The position numbers were made by a program, and so were the translations under genes. From Verrucomicrobiota bacterium (GTDB taxonomy: Bacteria > Verrucomicrobiota > Verrucomicrobiia > Limisphaerales > Palsa-1400), in the NCBI GenBank assembly GCA_049510745.1, contig JBEKYR010000005.1, positions 64,001-128,000 on the forward strand: a stretch of DNA of 64,000 nucleotides, read 5' to 3'. This document shows, one piece after another, positions 10,247 through 20,585 of this stretch (position 1 is the stretch's first letter; each line of letters starts with the position of its first letter). The notes under the pieces were generated by a model that saw only the letters and a program-made list of their open reading frames with translations, made no database searches and was not told the DNA's origin.

Positions 10247-10429
10247 TCAAAAAATCACAATCCGCTTCGGGCCGTGAAACTCAATCAGATGCACCGCCAC
10301 GGCGAGCTGAATGATTCCTTTGGCCCTGCGTTTGCCCCAAGTGTCGTAAACTCCCGCCACGAAATCGCCGAAGGTCAACGGCTTTCTCCCGGGACGGGCT
10401 TTCATTTGCGAGATTGGCTCAACTTTCAT
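10247..10429 (-). CDS. Small hypothetical protein (60 aa)
   Basis: ATG 10429; protein-like LTFGDFVAGVYDTWGKRRAKGIIQLAV segment. Confidence 0.5.
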   Translation of the reverse strand: MKVEPISQMKARPGRKPLTFGDFVAGVYDTWGKRRAKGIIQLAVAVHLIEFHGPKRIVIF

Positions 10430-10560
10430 TATACGATTATATTCTGCATCCCTGTAAGCAGGAGGCTTGCCATCCCCAGAATTGAGACGACCCTTTTGCG
10501 CCCGGAACCGCGATTGCTGATTTCCGTTGACGGCCTTCGGGTTGGCCTTAACATGCCAGC

Positions 10561-10941
10561 ATGGCAAGCTTGCCGTTCAAGTCCTTGTTCTGCGAGAGAT
10601 TTGGATGCCCGCCCGAAGATTACGAGGAGCGGGCTTTCCGCAAGTTTCTGTTCTGGCACGCCCGTTTTCTCGCGCCTGTGGTCCGAACCCTCAAGCCGGA
10701 CTTCTTCGCTGATGATTTCGAATTCATTCGCTACCTGGGTAATGCTGTGGACGTGCGCCAAGCCAAAGTGGACGCGCTGGATTTCAGGGACTTGGACCGC
10801 AAACACTGGCGATTGCTGCACACCGGCCTGAGAATCCGTGTTTCCCACCGGAAAGCAAGACGGCTCGCCTTCCAACTTTTAGGCAAACCGGACTGGACTG
10901 ACGCCTCCGGGTTGGTCAATTCCACGCACAATACAGATTAG
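10561..10941 (+). CDS. Hypothetical protein
   Basis: 126-aa ATG ORF filling the gap before tRNA-His. Confidence 0.55.
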   Translation: MASLPFKSLFCERFGCPPEDYEERAFRKFLFWHARFLAPVVRTLKPDFFADDFEFIRYLGNAVDVRQAKVDALDFRDLDRKHWRLLHTGLRIRVSHRKARRLAFQLLGKPDWTDASGLVNSTHNTD

Positions 10942-10948
10942 AGAGGGG

Positions 10949-11024
10949 TGGGGTGGCCAACGGGACTCGAACCCGCAACAACAAGCTCCACAAGCTTGGA
11001 CTCTACCATTGAGCTATAGCCACC
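10949..11024 (-). tRNA. tRNA-His (GTG)
   Basis: Cloverleaf GGTGGCTATAGCTCAATGGTAGAG...CAAGC-TTGTGGA-GCTTG...GGTTCGAGTCC...GCCACC-CCA, with G-1 and encoded CCA. Confidence 0.97.
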
Positions 11025-11118
11025 GTCCGCCGTTAAGGTAATTTCCGCCGGGCGGAACGTCAAGTTTCCTCTCGCCGCCTCCCGCCATGGTCCGCGGTCC
11101 GCGGCCCGCGGAAAATCT

Positions 11119-11556
11119 TCAACTTGACGCCGTCAGAAGTTCCGCCACCACATTCTTCAACTGCGCCGGCTCATAGGGCTTGCCCAAAAAACGATGCACC
11201 CTGGCCGGGTGCGTCGAAGTCATCGAGAAGTCCACCGTCCCGCTCAAAATGACGGTTTTGAGCCTGGGATGGATTCGGTGTGAAGAGATGATCAACTCCA
11301 GCCCGTTCATCCCTTCCATGTCATAATCCGTCACCAGGACTTCCGGCTTCGGGTCCGCCTTTTGCAGCGCCTGCAAAACGGCCTTCGGATCGCAAAAATA
11401 CCGCACTTGATAGCCGGCCGACTCGAGCACCCTGGCGGCGAATTCGACCAGCGTGGCGTTGTCATCGACGACAAAGATCGATCCGGGCGAAGCCGGGTCA
11501 CGACGGGCGGATTTGCGTCTTTTCATGCGGGCGTTTGGTTTCGGGGATTCTCCCAT
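11119..11556 (-). CDS. Single-domain response regulator (receiver)
   Basis: VVDDN, VTDYDMEGMNGLEL, LSG, KPY motifs; start could be 11526. Confidence 0.9.
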   Translation of the reverse strand: MGESPKPNARMKRRKSARRDPASPGSIFVVDDNATLVEFAARVLESAGYQVRYFCDPKAVLQALQKADPKPEVLVTDYDMEGMNGLELIISSHRIHPRLKTVILSGTVDFSMTSTHPARVHRFLGKPYEPAQLKNVVAELLTASS

Positions 11557-11729
11557 CTTCCGCCCCGGTTTGCAAGCGCGATTTTGGCCTGCCGAAGTCC
11601 CGTTCCCGTAACGGGATACAACAGAAAGAGAAACTCGTTTTGGCAGGCCCCTCGGACGCGCCTTTTAGCCAAACTTTATCTGGGATGGACCGCTTGGCGG
11701 TGCGGCGTGTCTTTCGCAACACAGTGAGA

Positions 11730-11744
11730 TGGCACTGCTCTAGC
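11730..11744 (+). promoter_or_regulatory. Putative sigma-54 -24/-12 promoter
   Basis: TGGCAC-TGCTC-TAGC, correct GG/GC spacing, 30 bp before ATG 11774. Confidence 0.5.
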
Positions 11745-11773
11745 TCTATAAGCGGATTCGTAAGGATTAGAAA

Positions 11774-12301
11774 ATGAACGTAAACCTGATGGCGCCCGGC
11801 GCGAAAACCGCATTTACCGCCGAATCGCTGCCCGACCACCCGCTGTTCCACGGCTTGACGGGGCGGCATCGGCATACCCTGGCCGAATGCTCAATGCCCG
11901 CCAGCTTCGAGCCGGGGGAAATAATCGTCGAACTGGGGGAACCGGCCAATTGCTTTTACTTGGTGATCAGCGGGCTGATCGGCTTGGAATCCCTCGGGGC
12001 GCCTTCACCCTTGCGCGTTCAAACCATTGGTCCGGGCGATATTCTGGGCTGGTCGTGGCTTTTCTCACCGTATTACTGGCATTTCAACGCCATCGCCGAA
12101 GTGCCCACCGAGTCGATCTTCTTCTACGGCAGCCGTTTGCGCCAGGAATGCGACCGGGACCATGACCTTGGCTACGAGTTGTTCAAGCGGATGTCCCATA
12201 TCCTCGTCACGCGCTTGCAAGCCACCCGCGAGAAATGGATTGAAGCGGCTCAATTGAACCCCCCGCGCAACGGACTCGCAGCCGATTACCTGATCATTTA
12301 A
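11774..12301 (+). CDS. Cyclic-nucleotide-binding (Crp-type cNMP) domain protein without HTH
   Basis: F.PGEII..GEPA..FYLV.SG and GPGDILGWSW motifs. Confidence 0.85.
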   Translation: MNVNLMAPGAKTAFTAESLPDHPLFHGLTGRHRHTLAECSMPASFEPGEIIVELGEPANCFYLVISGLIGLESLGAPSPLRVQTIGPGDILGWSWLFSPYYWHFNAIAEVPTESIFFYGSRLRQECDRDHDLGYELFKRMSHILVTRLQATREKWIEAAQLNPPRNGLAADYLII

Positions 12302-12308
12302 CCGTCCT

Positions 12309-12737
12309 TCACCCGTAACGATACGGCGCCGTCAGCGTGAAGGTGTTCGGCAGGTGCCGCACCTCGCCCACCTCCCCGTCTTCCAGCAGCACTTCGACAA
12401 CGTCAAACCGGATTTTAATGGGCGGATTCTTTATCAGCCGCAGATAATCAAAGGCGCAGCGGGTCAGCCGGAGCCGTTTGTGGGCGTTGACCGCCGCCGC
12501 CGGACGCAACCAGCCCCCGGAAGAGCGCGCTTTCACCTCGACAAACACCAGGCAGTCGTCGTCCCGGAAGATTAGGTCGATTTCCCCCCGGTCGGAGCGG
12601 AAATTGGCGGTCAAAAATTTCAGCCCGCGCTTTTGCAAAAACTTCTTCGCCGCCAGCTCTCCCAGCCTGCCACGCCTCAAATTTTCCGGCTCCGCCTTAC
12701 CGGCGAAACGTGATTTGAGCTTTGCAATGAGATTCAC
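12309..12737 (-). CDS. yraN: YraN family (UPF0102) endonuclease-like protein
   Basis: GRLGELAA, GEIDLI, LVFVEVKAR, IRFDVV motifs; GTG start estimated. Confidence 0.9.
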   Translation of the reverse strand: MNLIAKLKSRFAGKAEPENLRRGRLGELAAKKFLQKRGLKFLTANFRSDRGEIDLIFRDDDCLVFVEVKARSSGGWLRPAAAVNAHKRLRLTRCAFDYLRLIKNPPIKIRFDVVEVLLEDGEVGEVRHLPNTFTLTAPYRYG

Positions 12738-12909
12738 CAGCCACCGATTGAACCCGAATTGGACGCGGAAACAACTATTTTCAGAAAGCCCGCGCCACTC
12801 ATCCAGACTCCCCCAACTTCCACCTGACCACATGGCTCTCCATCGACTATAAATGCCGCGTCCATTTTGTAATTGCCCTAGAAGTCCCTTTGGGGGATCA
12901 TGCTAAACG

Positions 12910-15414
12910 ATGGATAATAGCGAAAATCCAAGACAAGAAGCGCCTGCCAAAGGGAGCGACCAGGCAACGCCCGTCGAGTCTGATAAGCCGGTGCAAACTG
13001 TTGACGACGGGTCAGGCGAGACGCAAGGCACAGCAGAAACGGCCAAGCGGGCACAGGGTTGGAGATTTATTAAATCGCTGACGAGCGGCCTGAAATTCTT
13101 TGAAGAAAGGTGGAGGGTGATCTGGCCGGTGCCCGCACGATATTATGGAAAGGCTAAAAAAGCCTTAAACTATTCTTATGCATTGAGTTGGCATCGCTAC
13201 ACCTGGATAAAGTATCGCATTAACCTTTGGAACTCGCAGAACGGTCGTTATCTAGCAGGTTTCGCTGCTATCCTAATAATAGGGTCAGGCTTTTACCTGT
13301 ATCCGTTTTTCCGAAGCCTCTTAAGCCCTTATCTTACGAATGCACAACGGCTTGCCGACATAAAGGCAATGTTATTGGCGCTTGGAGGCGCATTGATCGG
13401 AGCGGCTGCAATTGCCTTTTCCTTAATCATGTTTGCATTGCAGGTGAACGTCGATAGGATGCCTCACGGTTTATTTCGTAAATTGAACGAAGATAAACGC
13501 CTGATCGGCGCGTTTTGTGCAGTGTTCATTCTCGCACTCTTGATCTTATGCACTTCTCTAGTCCCCGATACGTCACATTTAGCGGCTGCCATACTGATTG
13601 CCACTCACTCCACATTTTTTCTGTTTGTCATTCTGCTATACGCATATCGTCGCGCAATTGCACTAATCAGTCCTGCGGAACAACTTAAAATCATCGTTGA
13701 CGACGCTACAGTTGCATTGAAGTTGTGGGGCAAACGTGCAACGCGTGCAACACCCCTGTTCATACAGCATGAAGATCCAGTGACTACAGTTCCAACAGAA
13801 TTTGATTCCTCCCATGACTTGCCTCGCATCGCATACTTCCAATTTAATCCACACTGGACGACGGAAGCAGTAAAGGCGGTTCACTATGCGATCTCCTTTG
13901 CCCGTCGCTATGCTGAACGCGGAGACTATGAGGTATCAGTTATTGCACTGAATGCGATTGTTATCATAAACGAGGCCTACATTCAAGCGAAGGGCAAGAC
14001 ATTCTTTAGCGGCAACGCCTTTCTTTCGACTGGATTAGAAACCGATGGCTTCATAAATAACACTTTAGAGCATCTGCGGCAAAATATACAGGTTGGAATT
14101 TCCCGCCACGACGAGCAGCAATTAGAACAAACTCTCAGGGCATTGTGTGGGCTTGTGAAGTTGTATGCCCGTATAGATTATTCAAACGCGTTTTTGGACA
14201 AGCCTCATGCACAACTTGCGGCACTCTACCTCTCGGAGGGCGTCCAGAGCGTAATGCCACATAATATGACTGAGGTCATGATGGAGGGCGTGAGATTGAT
14301 TGGAGGTGCTGCCGAAGCGCTTTTGAAATACGCTAAGCCGATGGATATTACTTCACTTGCAGAGAAACTAGCTATTATCGCCTGTACATTTGCAGCGCCA
14401 AACGACTCCCGGCCAGTAACGTCAGTGGCAGTCGAACAACTGGCGAAGTTGACGGCGCATCTTCTACAGACGAAATCGAAGGATATTAGCTTCGCCGTCA
14501 AACAAGTTAAGAATAATTTAAACACACTTTCGACCTTTGTGTTGGATGTTGTTCCCGACAATTTCCCAGCAAGCGTCCACAGCAGCACCTTAGCCGCGTA
14601 TTACTCCGGCACGAGGGACCAGACTTTTTTGGGCTTCCTGACAGCTTTGACCAATGCTATTGTCGCACGACCGGCGGAAGATCAAGATGCCAAAAACACA
14701 TTGGCAAATATTGAAGAATGGTCGGATCAATTAGATTCCACAGCAAAAGAGCTGCTGCTTAAAGCAGTCGAGAGGCGGTCGCATTTTACATTTGATATTA
14801 TCGCTTGGATTGGATACGTGACGAAGGTGCTTATTGTCCTATCAAAAGCGCCAACTTGTGATGATGATACAAAGACAAATCTGCGAAAGAACGCCAGGTG
14901 GCTTATTTATGTGCTCTCGTTTATTCCAGATGATGCCGAAGCAATTGCCCACGTCGAGAATTATTGTGTTTCAGAAACCATATTCCAGGCTGCGTTAGAT
15001 GCATACTCGACTGGCGACTGTGAGTTTGCGGCTGATATCGGCAAGTTGCTATTTGATTGGGGATTTAAAGCAGGACAATACCGCGCTCGTCGTCTGATAC
15101 TAATTGACTGGCTTTACGGTCTAGCAACCATTGCCTTGCTTCCTAACTCATGGTTGAGTCCACTGTCTCTTAAGGAGCAGTTTCGCAAATATCTCACTCA
15201 ACCACATGCTCCTAATCCTGGAATTCTTAAGTCTACGGCTGATTACATTAGGCGGGAAATGTTGACCTTCCGACGGAGTTTCGATTCCGACTCTTTTTCC
15301 TGTATTCGTCGTAAGATGAGGGAGGTGGATCAAGGGCAGCTAAGACGATTATTAACGGATTTAGCAAATGTCCTTTCTCCCTCGTCAGCAGACAATGTAG
15401 CAGACCAACGGTGA
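12910..15414 (+). CDS. Large hypothetical membrane protein (N-terminal TM helices, helical C-terminus); AT-richer than host
   Basis: 834-aa uninterrupted ORF, about 4 hydrophobic segments near aa 115-245, atypical composition; start uncertain. Confidence 0.75.
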   Translation: MDNSENPRQEAPAKGSDQATPVESDKPVQTVDDGSGETQGTAETAKRAQGWRFIKSLTSGLKFFEERWRVIWPVPARYYGKAKKALNYSYALSWHRYTWIKYRINLWNSQNGRYLAGFAAILIIGSGFYLYPFFRSLLSPYLTNAQRLADIKAMLLALGGALIGAAAIAFSLIMFALQVNVDRMPHGLFRKLNEDKRLIGAFCAVFILALLILCTSLVPDTSHLAAAILIATHSTFFLFVILLYAYRRAIALISPAEQLKIIVDDATVALKLWGKRATRATPLFIQHEDPVTTVPTEFDSSHDLPRIAYFQFNPHWTTEAVKAVHYAISFARRYAERGDYEVSVIALNAIVIINEAYIQAKGKTFFSGNAFLSTGLETDGFINNTLEHLRQNIQVGISRHDEQQLEQTLRALCGLVKLYARIDYSNAFLDKPHAQLAALYLSEGVQSVMPHNMTEVMMEGVRLIGGAAEALLKYAKPMDITSLAEKLAIIACTFAAPNDSRPVTSVAVEQLAKLTAHLLQTKSKDISFAVKQVKNNLNTLSTFVLDVVPDNFPASVHSSTLAAYYSGTRDQTFLGFLTALTNAIVARPAEDQDAKNTLANIEEWSDQLDSTAKELLLKAVERRSHFTFDIIAWIGYVTKVLIVLSKAPTCDDDTKTNLRKNARWLIYVLSFIPDDAEAIAHVENYCVSETIFQAALDAYSTGDCEFAADIGKLLFDWGFKAGQYRARRLILIDWLYGLATIALLPNSWLSPLSLKEQFRKYLTQPHAPNPGILKSTADYIRREMLTFRRSFDSDSFSCIRRKMREVDQGQLRRLLTDLANVLSPSSADNVADQR

Positions 15415-15657
15415 CTAGCTATACTTTTTTTTCGGTTTTCGCGCGCCTCTCATAGCGGATGAAATTGAATGGATCCATATTCCATGGATAATTCATACGC
15501 TTCTGTCGCCTCTGTCTGACGGCGAATCGAGTCGCCATCGGATTGCCCCATCGTGCTGAACCGAACATAGCTGATTGCCAACTTCTGTTTCATGACGGAC
15601 CAAAATCAGCACAGCAATATGTTTCTGGCAAATGAAACAAATTTTCCCGCCAATGGA

Positions 15658-17349
15658 TCAGAACAAACCGACGGTGTTGCCGTTGGCATCCACGTCCATC
15701 GCTTCGGCGGCGGGGACTCTGGGCAGGCCGGGCATAGTCATGATGTCGCCCGTGAAAACCACCACAAAGCCCGGACCGGCGCTGAGACGGGCGTTGTACA
15801 GCGGCACCACGAAACCTCGCGGACAGCCTCTCAGGTTCGGATCCGCGGAGAAGGAATACTGGGTCTTGGCCATGCAGATCGGCAGATCGCCGAAGCCGGC
15901 ATCCTCGAAGGCGCGGAGCTTCTCGGCGGTCTTGCCTTCGGCCACCACGTCGTCGGCGCCGTAAATTTTCCGCGCAATCCGGCGCACCTTTTCGAGCAAC
16001 GACAGCTTGTCGGGATAAGTGAAGTTGAGCGCGCCGTTGGCAGGGCGGGCGGTGGCGTCGAGCACCAGCCGGGCGAGGTCTTCCGCTCCGGCGCCGCCGC
16101 GGGCAAAATGCTCCGAGAGCGCAACCTTCACCCGGACTTTGGCGCAGGCTTCGCGGATGACCTGCCATTCGTCGGGGGTGTCGCCGGCAAAGACATTGAT
16201 GCAGACGATGACCGGCAAGCCGAAGGCCTGGAGATTCTCGATATGCTTGAGGAGGTTGGCCAAACCCGCTTCCAAGGCCCCGAGGTTCGGCTTGCCCAGT
16301 TCCGCCACCTTGGCGCCCCCATGATACTTTAACGCCCGCACGGTGGCGACCAGCACGGCCAAGTCCGGGCGCAAACCGGCTTTGCGGCACTTGATGTTGA
16401 CGAACTTCTCCGCCCCGAGGTCCGCGCCAAAGCCGGCTTCGGTGATCGTGAACTCGGCCAGGCGCAAGCCCAGCTTGGTCGCGACGACGCTGTTGCAGCC
16501 GTGGGCGATGTTGCCGAACGGCCCGCCGTGGATCAGGGCCGGGTTGCCTTCCAGCGTCTGCACCAGGTTCGGCTGCACGCCGTAGCGCATCAAGACGGTC
16601 ATCGCGCCATCCGCCTTGATGTCGCGGGCGGTGATGAGTTTGCCGCCGCGCGAGCAGGCCACGATGATCCGGCCCAGCCGCGCCTTCAGCTCGGCCAGCG
16701 ACTCGGAGAAGCACAGGGTGGCCATGACCTCGGACGCCGGCGTAATATCGAAGCCCGACTGCCGCGGGATTGAGTTGCTGGCGCCCCCGAGTCCAATGAC
16801 GATCTCGCGCAGCGCCCGTTCGTTCATGTCCATGACCCGCCGCCAGACAATTTGGTGCTGGTCGATGCCGAGGGCGTTGCCGAAGTGCAGATGGTTGTCC
16901 AGCATGGCCGCCAGCAGGTTGTGGGCGGAAGTGACGACGTGGAAATCCCCGTTGAAATGCAGGTTGATCTCCTCCATCGGCGCGACCTGGGCGTAGCCGC
17001 CGCCGGTGCCGCCGCCCTTGACGCCAAAGCACGGTCCGACGGCCGGTTCCCGCAGGCAAAGGATGGTCTTCCTGCCCAGCCGATTGAGGGCGTCGGTCAA
17101 TCCGATGCTCGTGGTGGTCTTGCCTTCGCCGGCGGGAGTCGGGTGGACGGCAGTCACCAGGATCAGCTTGCCTGTCGGGGCGTCTTGCAGCCGCCGGTAA
17201 AGGTCAAGGCTGATCTTGGCCTTGGTCTTGCCGTACAACTCCAGGTCCTCTTCCTTGACGCCGACCTTGGCGGCGACGGCTTCAATCGGCTGCAGCTTGG
17301 TTTTTCGGGAGATTTCGAGGGCGCTCAGTTGTCCTGATGACGGGTTCAT
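15658..17349 (-). CDS. fhs: Formate--tetrahydrofolate ligase
   Basis: PTPAGEGKTT, GVKGGGTGGGYAQV, HGGPFGNIAHGCNS, MAKTQYS, MTMPGLP. Confidence 0.97.
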   Translation of the reverse strand: MNPSSGQLSALEISRKTKLQPIEAVAAKVGVKEEDLELYGKTKAKISLDLYRRLQDAPTGKLILVTAVHPTPAGEGKTTTSIGLTDALNRLGRKTILCLREPAVGPCFGVKGGGTGGGYAQVAPMEEINLHFNGDFHVVTSAHNLLAAMLDNHLHFGNALGIDQHQIVWRRVMDMNERALREIVIGLGGASNSIPRQSGFDITPASEVMATLCFSESLAELKARLGRIIVACSRGGKLITARDIKADGAMTVLMRYGVQPNLVQTLEGNPALIHGGPFGNIAHGCNSVVATKLGLRLAEFTITEAGFGADLGAEKFVNIKCRKAGLRPDLAVLVATVRALKYHGGAKVAELGKPNLGALEAGLANLLKHIENLQAFGLPVIVCINVFAGDTPDEWQVIREACAKVRVKVALSEHFARGGAGAEDLARLVLDATARPANGALNFTYPDKLSLLEKVRRIARKIYGADDVVAEGKTAEKLRAFEDAGFGDLPICMAKTQYSFSADPNLRGCPRGFVVPLYNARLSAGPGFVVVFTGDIMTMPGLPRVPAAEAMDVDANGNTVGLF

Positions 17350-17472
17350 GAGGCTCAATTGGAGCAGGAAACGGTTGACGCTTCAATGATGAAGAAATGC
17401 GCCCGTGTTTTGGCCATGATCTGGCGGTGCGTTCGCGACATCGCCCAGGCGCGCGCAAAGGAGGCCCCGTCT

Positions 17473-18132
17473 TCAGGGAAACAATTCCGTCTGGGCCGGC
17501 GGCCGGCACGGCGCAAACGAGCGGCGGTGGATGGGACAGGCCCCCAGCGTCTTGAGGGCGGCAATATGGCCGCGGGTGCCGTAGCCTTTGTGCGCGGCAA
17601 AACCATAGCCAGGATAGGCCTGGTCCAATTGAATCATCACCCGGTCGCGGCTCACTTTGGCCAGGATGCTGGCGGCGCCAATCGAATAGCTCAAAGCGTC
17701 GCCGGAGACCAGCGCCGTCTGCGGCAGTTGCATCGAGTTGAACGGCAGGCCATCGACCAGCACGTGTTCCGGCGGCGGCCACAACTGCGCCAGGGCGAGA
17801 TTCATCGCGCGATGAGTCGCGCGCAGGATATTGATCTGATCGATGAGGGGAGCATCGACCTGCCCGATGGCCCAATGGATTTCCGGGCGCGAGGTCAGTT
17901 CGGCGAAGAGGCGCTCGCGCGTGGCGGGCGTCAACTGTTTGGAATCGTTGAGCTTCTGCAGCGGCTCGGGCAGACCGTAGCGCATCCACTCGGCGGGAAG
18001 GACCACCGCGGCGGCGAAGACCGGTCCCGCCAGCGGACCGCGCCCGGCTTCATCGACACCCGCGATCCGCGTCAGGCCCCGTTCCAGCAATTCGAGTTCG
18101 TATCGAAAGCGCTTGGAAATCATCTTCGCCAC
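17473..18132 (-). CDS. rnhB: Ribonuclease HII
   Basis: AGVDEAGRGPLAGPV, LNDSK, AASILAKVSRD, HKGYGT, IHRRSF. Confidence 0.97.
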   Translation of the reverse strand: MAKMISKRFRYELELLERGLTRIAGVDEAGRGPLAGPVFAAAVVLPAEWMRYGLPEPLQKLNDSKQLTPATRERLFAELTSRPEIHWAIGQVDAPLIDQINILRATHRAMNLALAQLWPPPEHVLVDGLPFNSMQLPQTALVSGDALSYSIGAASILAKVSRDRVMIQLDQAYPGYGFAAHKGYGTRGHIAALKTLGACPIHRRSFAPCRPPAQTELFP

Positions 18133-18222
18133 GATGCCTCATTCTGAAACAAAAACGGCGCCGCGCGCAAACAGAATCCGCCGCGACACAAAATCCGCCG
18201 GTGAGACGCGCCCCCGCGCCCT

Positions 18223-18313
18223 CCGAATCCTGAGCGCCTTTTTTGGAGCGACTGTCTCGGCCGCGCCTGGCATTCCTGTATGATATGTCATGCTGTCATA
18301 TGACAGTATGCAT
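18223..18313. repeat. Dispersed ~100-bp repeat, copy 1, with palindrome CTGTCATATGACAG (18293-18306)
   Basis: Shares CGAATCC...GCGCCTTTTT(T)GG...ATGTCATNCTGTCATATGACAGTAT with the copies at 43021-43241. Confidence 0.8.
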
Positions 18314-18401
18314 TACCGCGTTCACTTCAATGCCGACGCGCCAATGCCGACGCGCTGGTGTGCTGCCAACTGGTCCCCTGAAGGCTGCATAATCCGCGGG
18401 T

Positions 18402-20585
18402 CTAAACCAATCCCGCCCACTTGCGTCCGGCCCAATAGACGGTCAGCAGGGCGAGAAGGATGCCGCCCCAGGCCGGTTCGCTCCAGAGACGGAGCCGCTT
18501 CTGCGCCGGCTTCGGCTCGGGCAAAAGCGAAATCTGCCGCACCAGCTTGTCGAGATCAGTCGTCGGGAAGACCGCGCCGCGGGTCAGGGCGGCGATTTCG
18601 TCCAGGACCGGCGCGTTGACGGGCTGGCCTTGCTTTTCGATCAAGGGCTTGGCGACCAGCAGTTGGGTCGTCAATTGCCGGCCATTCGGCTCCGAAGCCA
18701 CGTCGATTTTGTATTTGCCCGTTTCCTGGGCGGTGAAGCCTGACTTGAAAACACCCCACCCGCCCTCGACTTGCGCGAAGTCCAGTCGTTCCGTCCTTCC
18801 GGACGGGGCGGTCACTTTGCCGGTGACCGGGCCTTTGTCAATAGGAAAGCCGGACGGGTCGAGGACGGTGCTTTGCAGGAAAACGGTGTCGCCCGCCGCG
18901 GGCGTCTCCGGGCTGTAGGCCAGGCGGATGCCCTCCTTTTCCGAAAGGTGCCGCTGATGGGCCATCCAGCGGACGACCTGGCCCCAAAAGCGGTAATGAA
19001 ATTTGTCCTCGACGCCGCGGCGCCAGCGCCAGGCGCTGTCGGTGCCCAAAAAGAGCACCTTGCCGTTGCCGGCGGCGCGGGTGACGAGCAGGGGCATGCG
19101 GCCCCACTCGTTGCGCATGGCCGAATGCACCGCCAGGACCTCCGAGCCGGGCCGGCTCTTCTGGACTGCGGCGGACCAAAAGAAGCCGGGCAGTTGTTTC
19201 CATAGCTCCTCGTTTTTCGATTCATCGGAATCGAACCGCGTCAGCCAATGCCGTTTGCCGGTGCTGGTCAGCGTCAATTGCGATTCGTTTTCCAAGCCGA
19301 GGCCGCCCGGCTTGGCGCCGTCCAATTCGACCGGATACAAATCCTTGAGCGGACCGTTCAAGAGGGTGGCTTGGCGTCCGCGCCGGCCCGGCACAAAAAC
19401 CAAACCGCTGCCCTGCTGCTCGACCAGGCCCTTGAGCAACTCCGCGTTGGCCGCCGTCAGTTCGCCCTCCCCCAGGCCGACGTCGCCGAGAAAGACGACA
19501 TCGTAAGGGGCCAGAGCCTCCTTGCTGCCGGGGAAAGCGGAGATATAATGGGCACCTTCGCCCGGCCCCAATTCGGGATGCCAGAGCAGACAATGCATCT
19601 CAACGCCCGGATCGCGCGCCAGGGCGTTGCGCAAGTAGCGGTATTCCCAGCGGGGCAGCGAATCGACCACCAGCACCTTGAGTTTCTCGACCCGCACCGA
19701 CATGTGAAAGCGGGCCTCGTTGTTCTCGGCAATGGCCTCATCCGGCTCGACGGGGAGTTTGACGATGGCGTTGACATCGCCCATCTGGCGGGGCGACCAA
19801 AGGATCGAGTCCTCGACCTGGCCGTTGGGCGGGATGGTGATCGGTTTGACGGCGGACTCTCCGAAATCGTCCGAAATCGAGACGGCGGTGCTCACCTGGC
19901 GCGGGAGATGGCTGGACACCTTGAAGGAGACGGCGATCTCCTCGCCAAAGAGGCCGTAAGCCGGGGCCGAAACCGTTTCCAAAACCAAATCCGGCACCGG
20001 CGTCTCGCGTCCGACCGGCACGGCGAAGACGGGGATGTTCTGTTCACGATACTGCGTGGCGACGCCCAGGGGCGATTTGCCGAGGTTCCAATCGCCATCG
20101 CTCAGGAGCAGGACGGCCTTGAGATTTTTGTAGCGGTGCAGCGCGCCTTCCAGCGCGAGATTGAGGTCGGTGCCGTTGAGGGCGTTTTCATTGGTCGAAG
20201 GCGCGGCAAAGGACTCGACGGAAACCTTCGCGCCGGCCTGTAGCGGCAGCCAGAACTGCCGCCCCAACTGCTGGGCCAGCCATTGCCGGCGGCTGATGAC
20301 ACCGTTGCCGGCGGCGATGTCGCGCGTTTTCATGCTGTCGGAAGCGTCGGCCAGAATGGCGATTTCCGGCATCAAGGCGCGCCGCAAATTCTCCACGTAT
20401 TCCGGGCGCAGCAGGGTCAGGGCCAGGAGGGAAATCAACAGCAGGCGCAACGCTTCGAGCCGCGCGGCGACGCGGCGGTTGGCGGCGCGGCGCCAATTGG
20501 CGTAGCACAGCCACGCCGCCGCCGCCCAGACCAGCGCGGCGGGAATAAGGACGGAAACGGGAGCGGCCAGGGAGAGATGGGTCAT
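18402..20585 (-). CDS. Membrane-anchored vWA / glutamine-amidotransferase-like domain protein (MoxR operon)
   Basis: DASDSM MIDAS-like, LLSDG, PRWEYRYLRN, WRWR...FWGQVVRW. Confidence 0.8.
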   Translation of the reverse strand: MTHLSLAAPVSVLIPAALVWAAAAWLCYANWRRAANRRVAARLEALRLLLISLLALTLLRPEYVENLRRALMPEIAILADASDSMKTRDIAAGNGVISRRQWLAQQLGRQFWLPLQAGAKVSVESFAAPSTNENALNGTDLNLALEGALHRYKNLKAVLLLSDGDWNLGKSPLGVATQYREQNIPVFAVPVGRETPVPDLVLETVSAPAYGLFGEEIAVSFKVSSHLPRQVSTAVSISDDFGESAVKPITIPPNGQVEDSILWSPRQMGDVNAIVKLPVEPDEAIAENNEARFHMSVRVEKLKVLVVDSLPRWEYRYLRNALARDPGVEMHCLLWHPELGPGEGAHYISAFPGSKEALAPYDVVFLGDVGLGEGELTAANAELLKGLVEQQGSGLVFVPGRRGRQATLLNGPLKDLYPVELDGAKPGGLGLENESQLTLTSTGKRHWLTRFDSDESKNEELWKQLPGFFWSAAVQKSRPGSEVLAVHSAMRNEWGRMPLLVTRAAGNGKVLFLGTDSAWRWRRGVEDKFHYRFWGQVVRWMAHQRHLSEKEGIRLAYSPETPAAGDTVFLQSTVLDPSGFPIDKGPVTGKVTAPSGRTERLDFAQVEGGWGVFKSGFTAQETGKYKIDVASEPNGRQLTTQLLVAKPLIEKQGQPVNAPVLDEIAALTRGAVFPTTDLDKLVRQISLLPEPKPAQKRLRLWSEPAWGGILLALLTVYWAGRKWAGLV

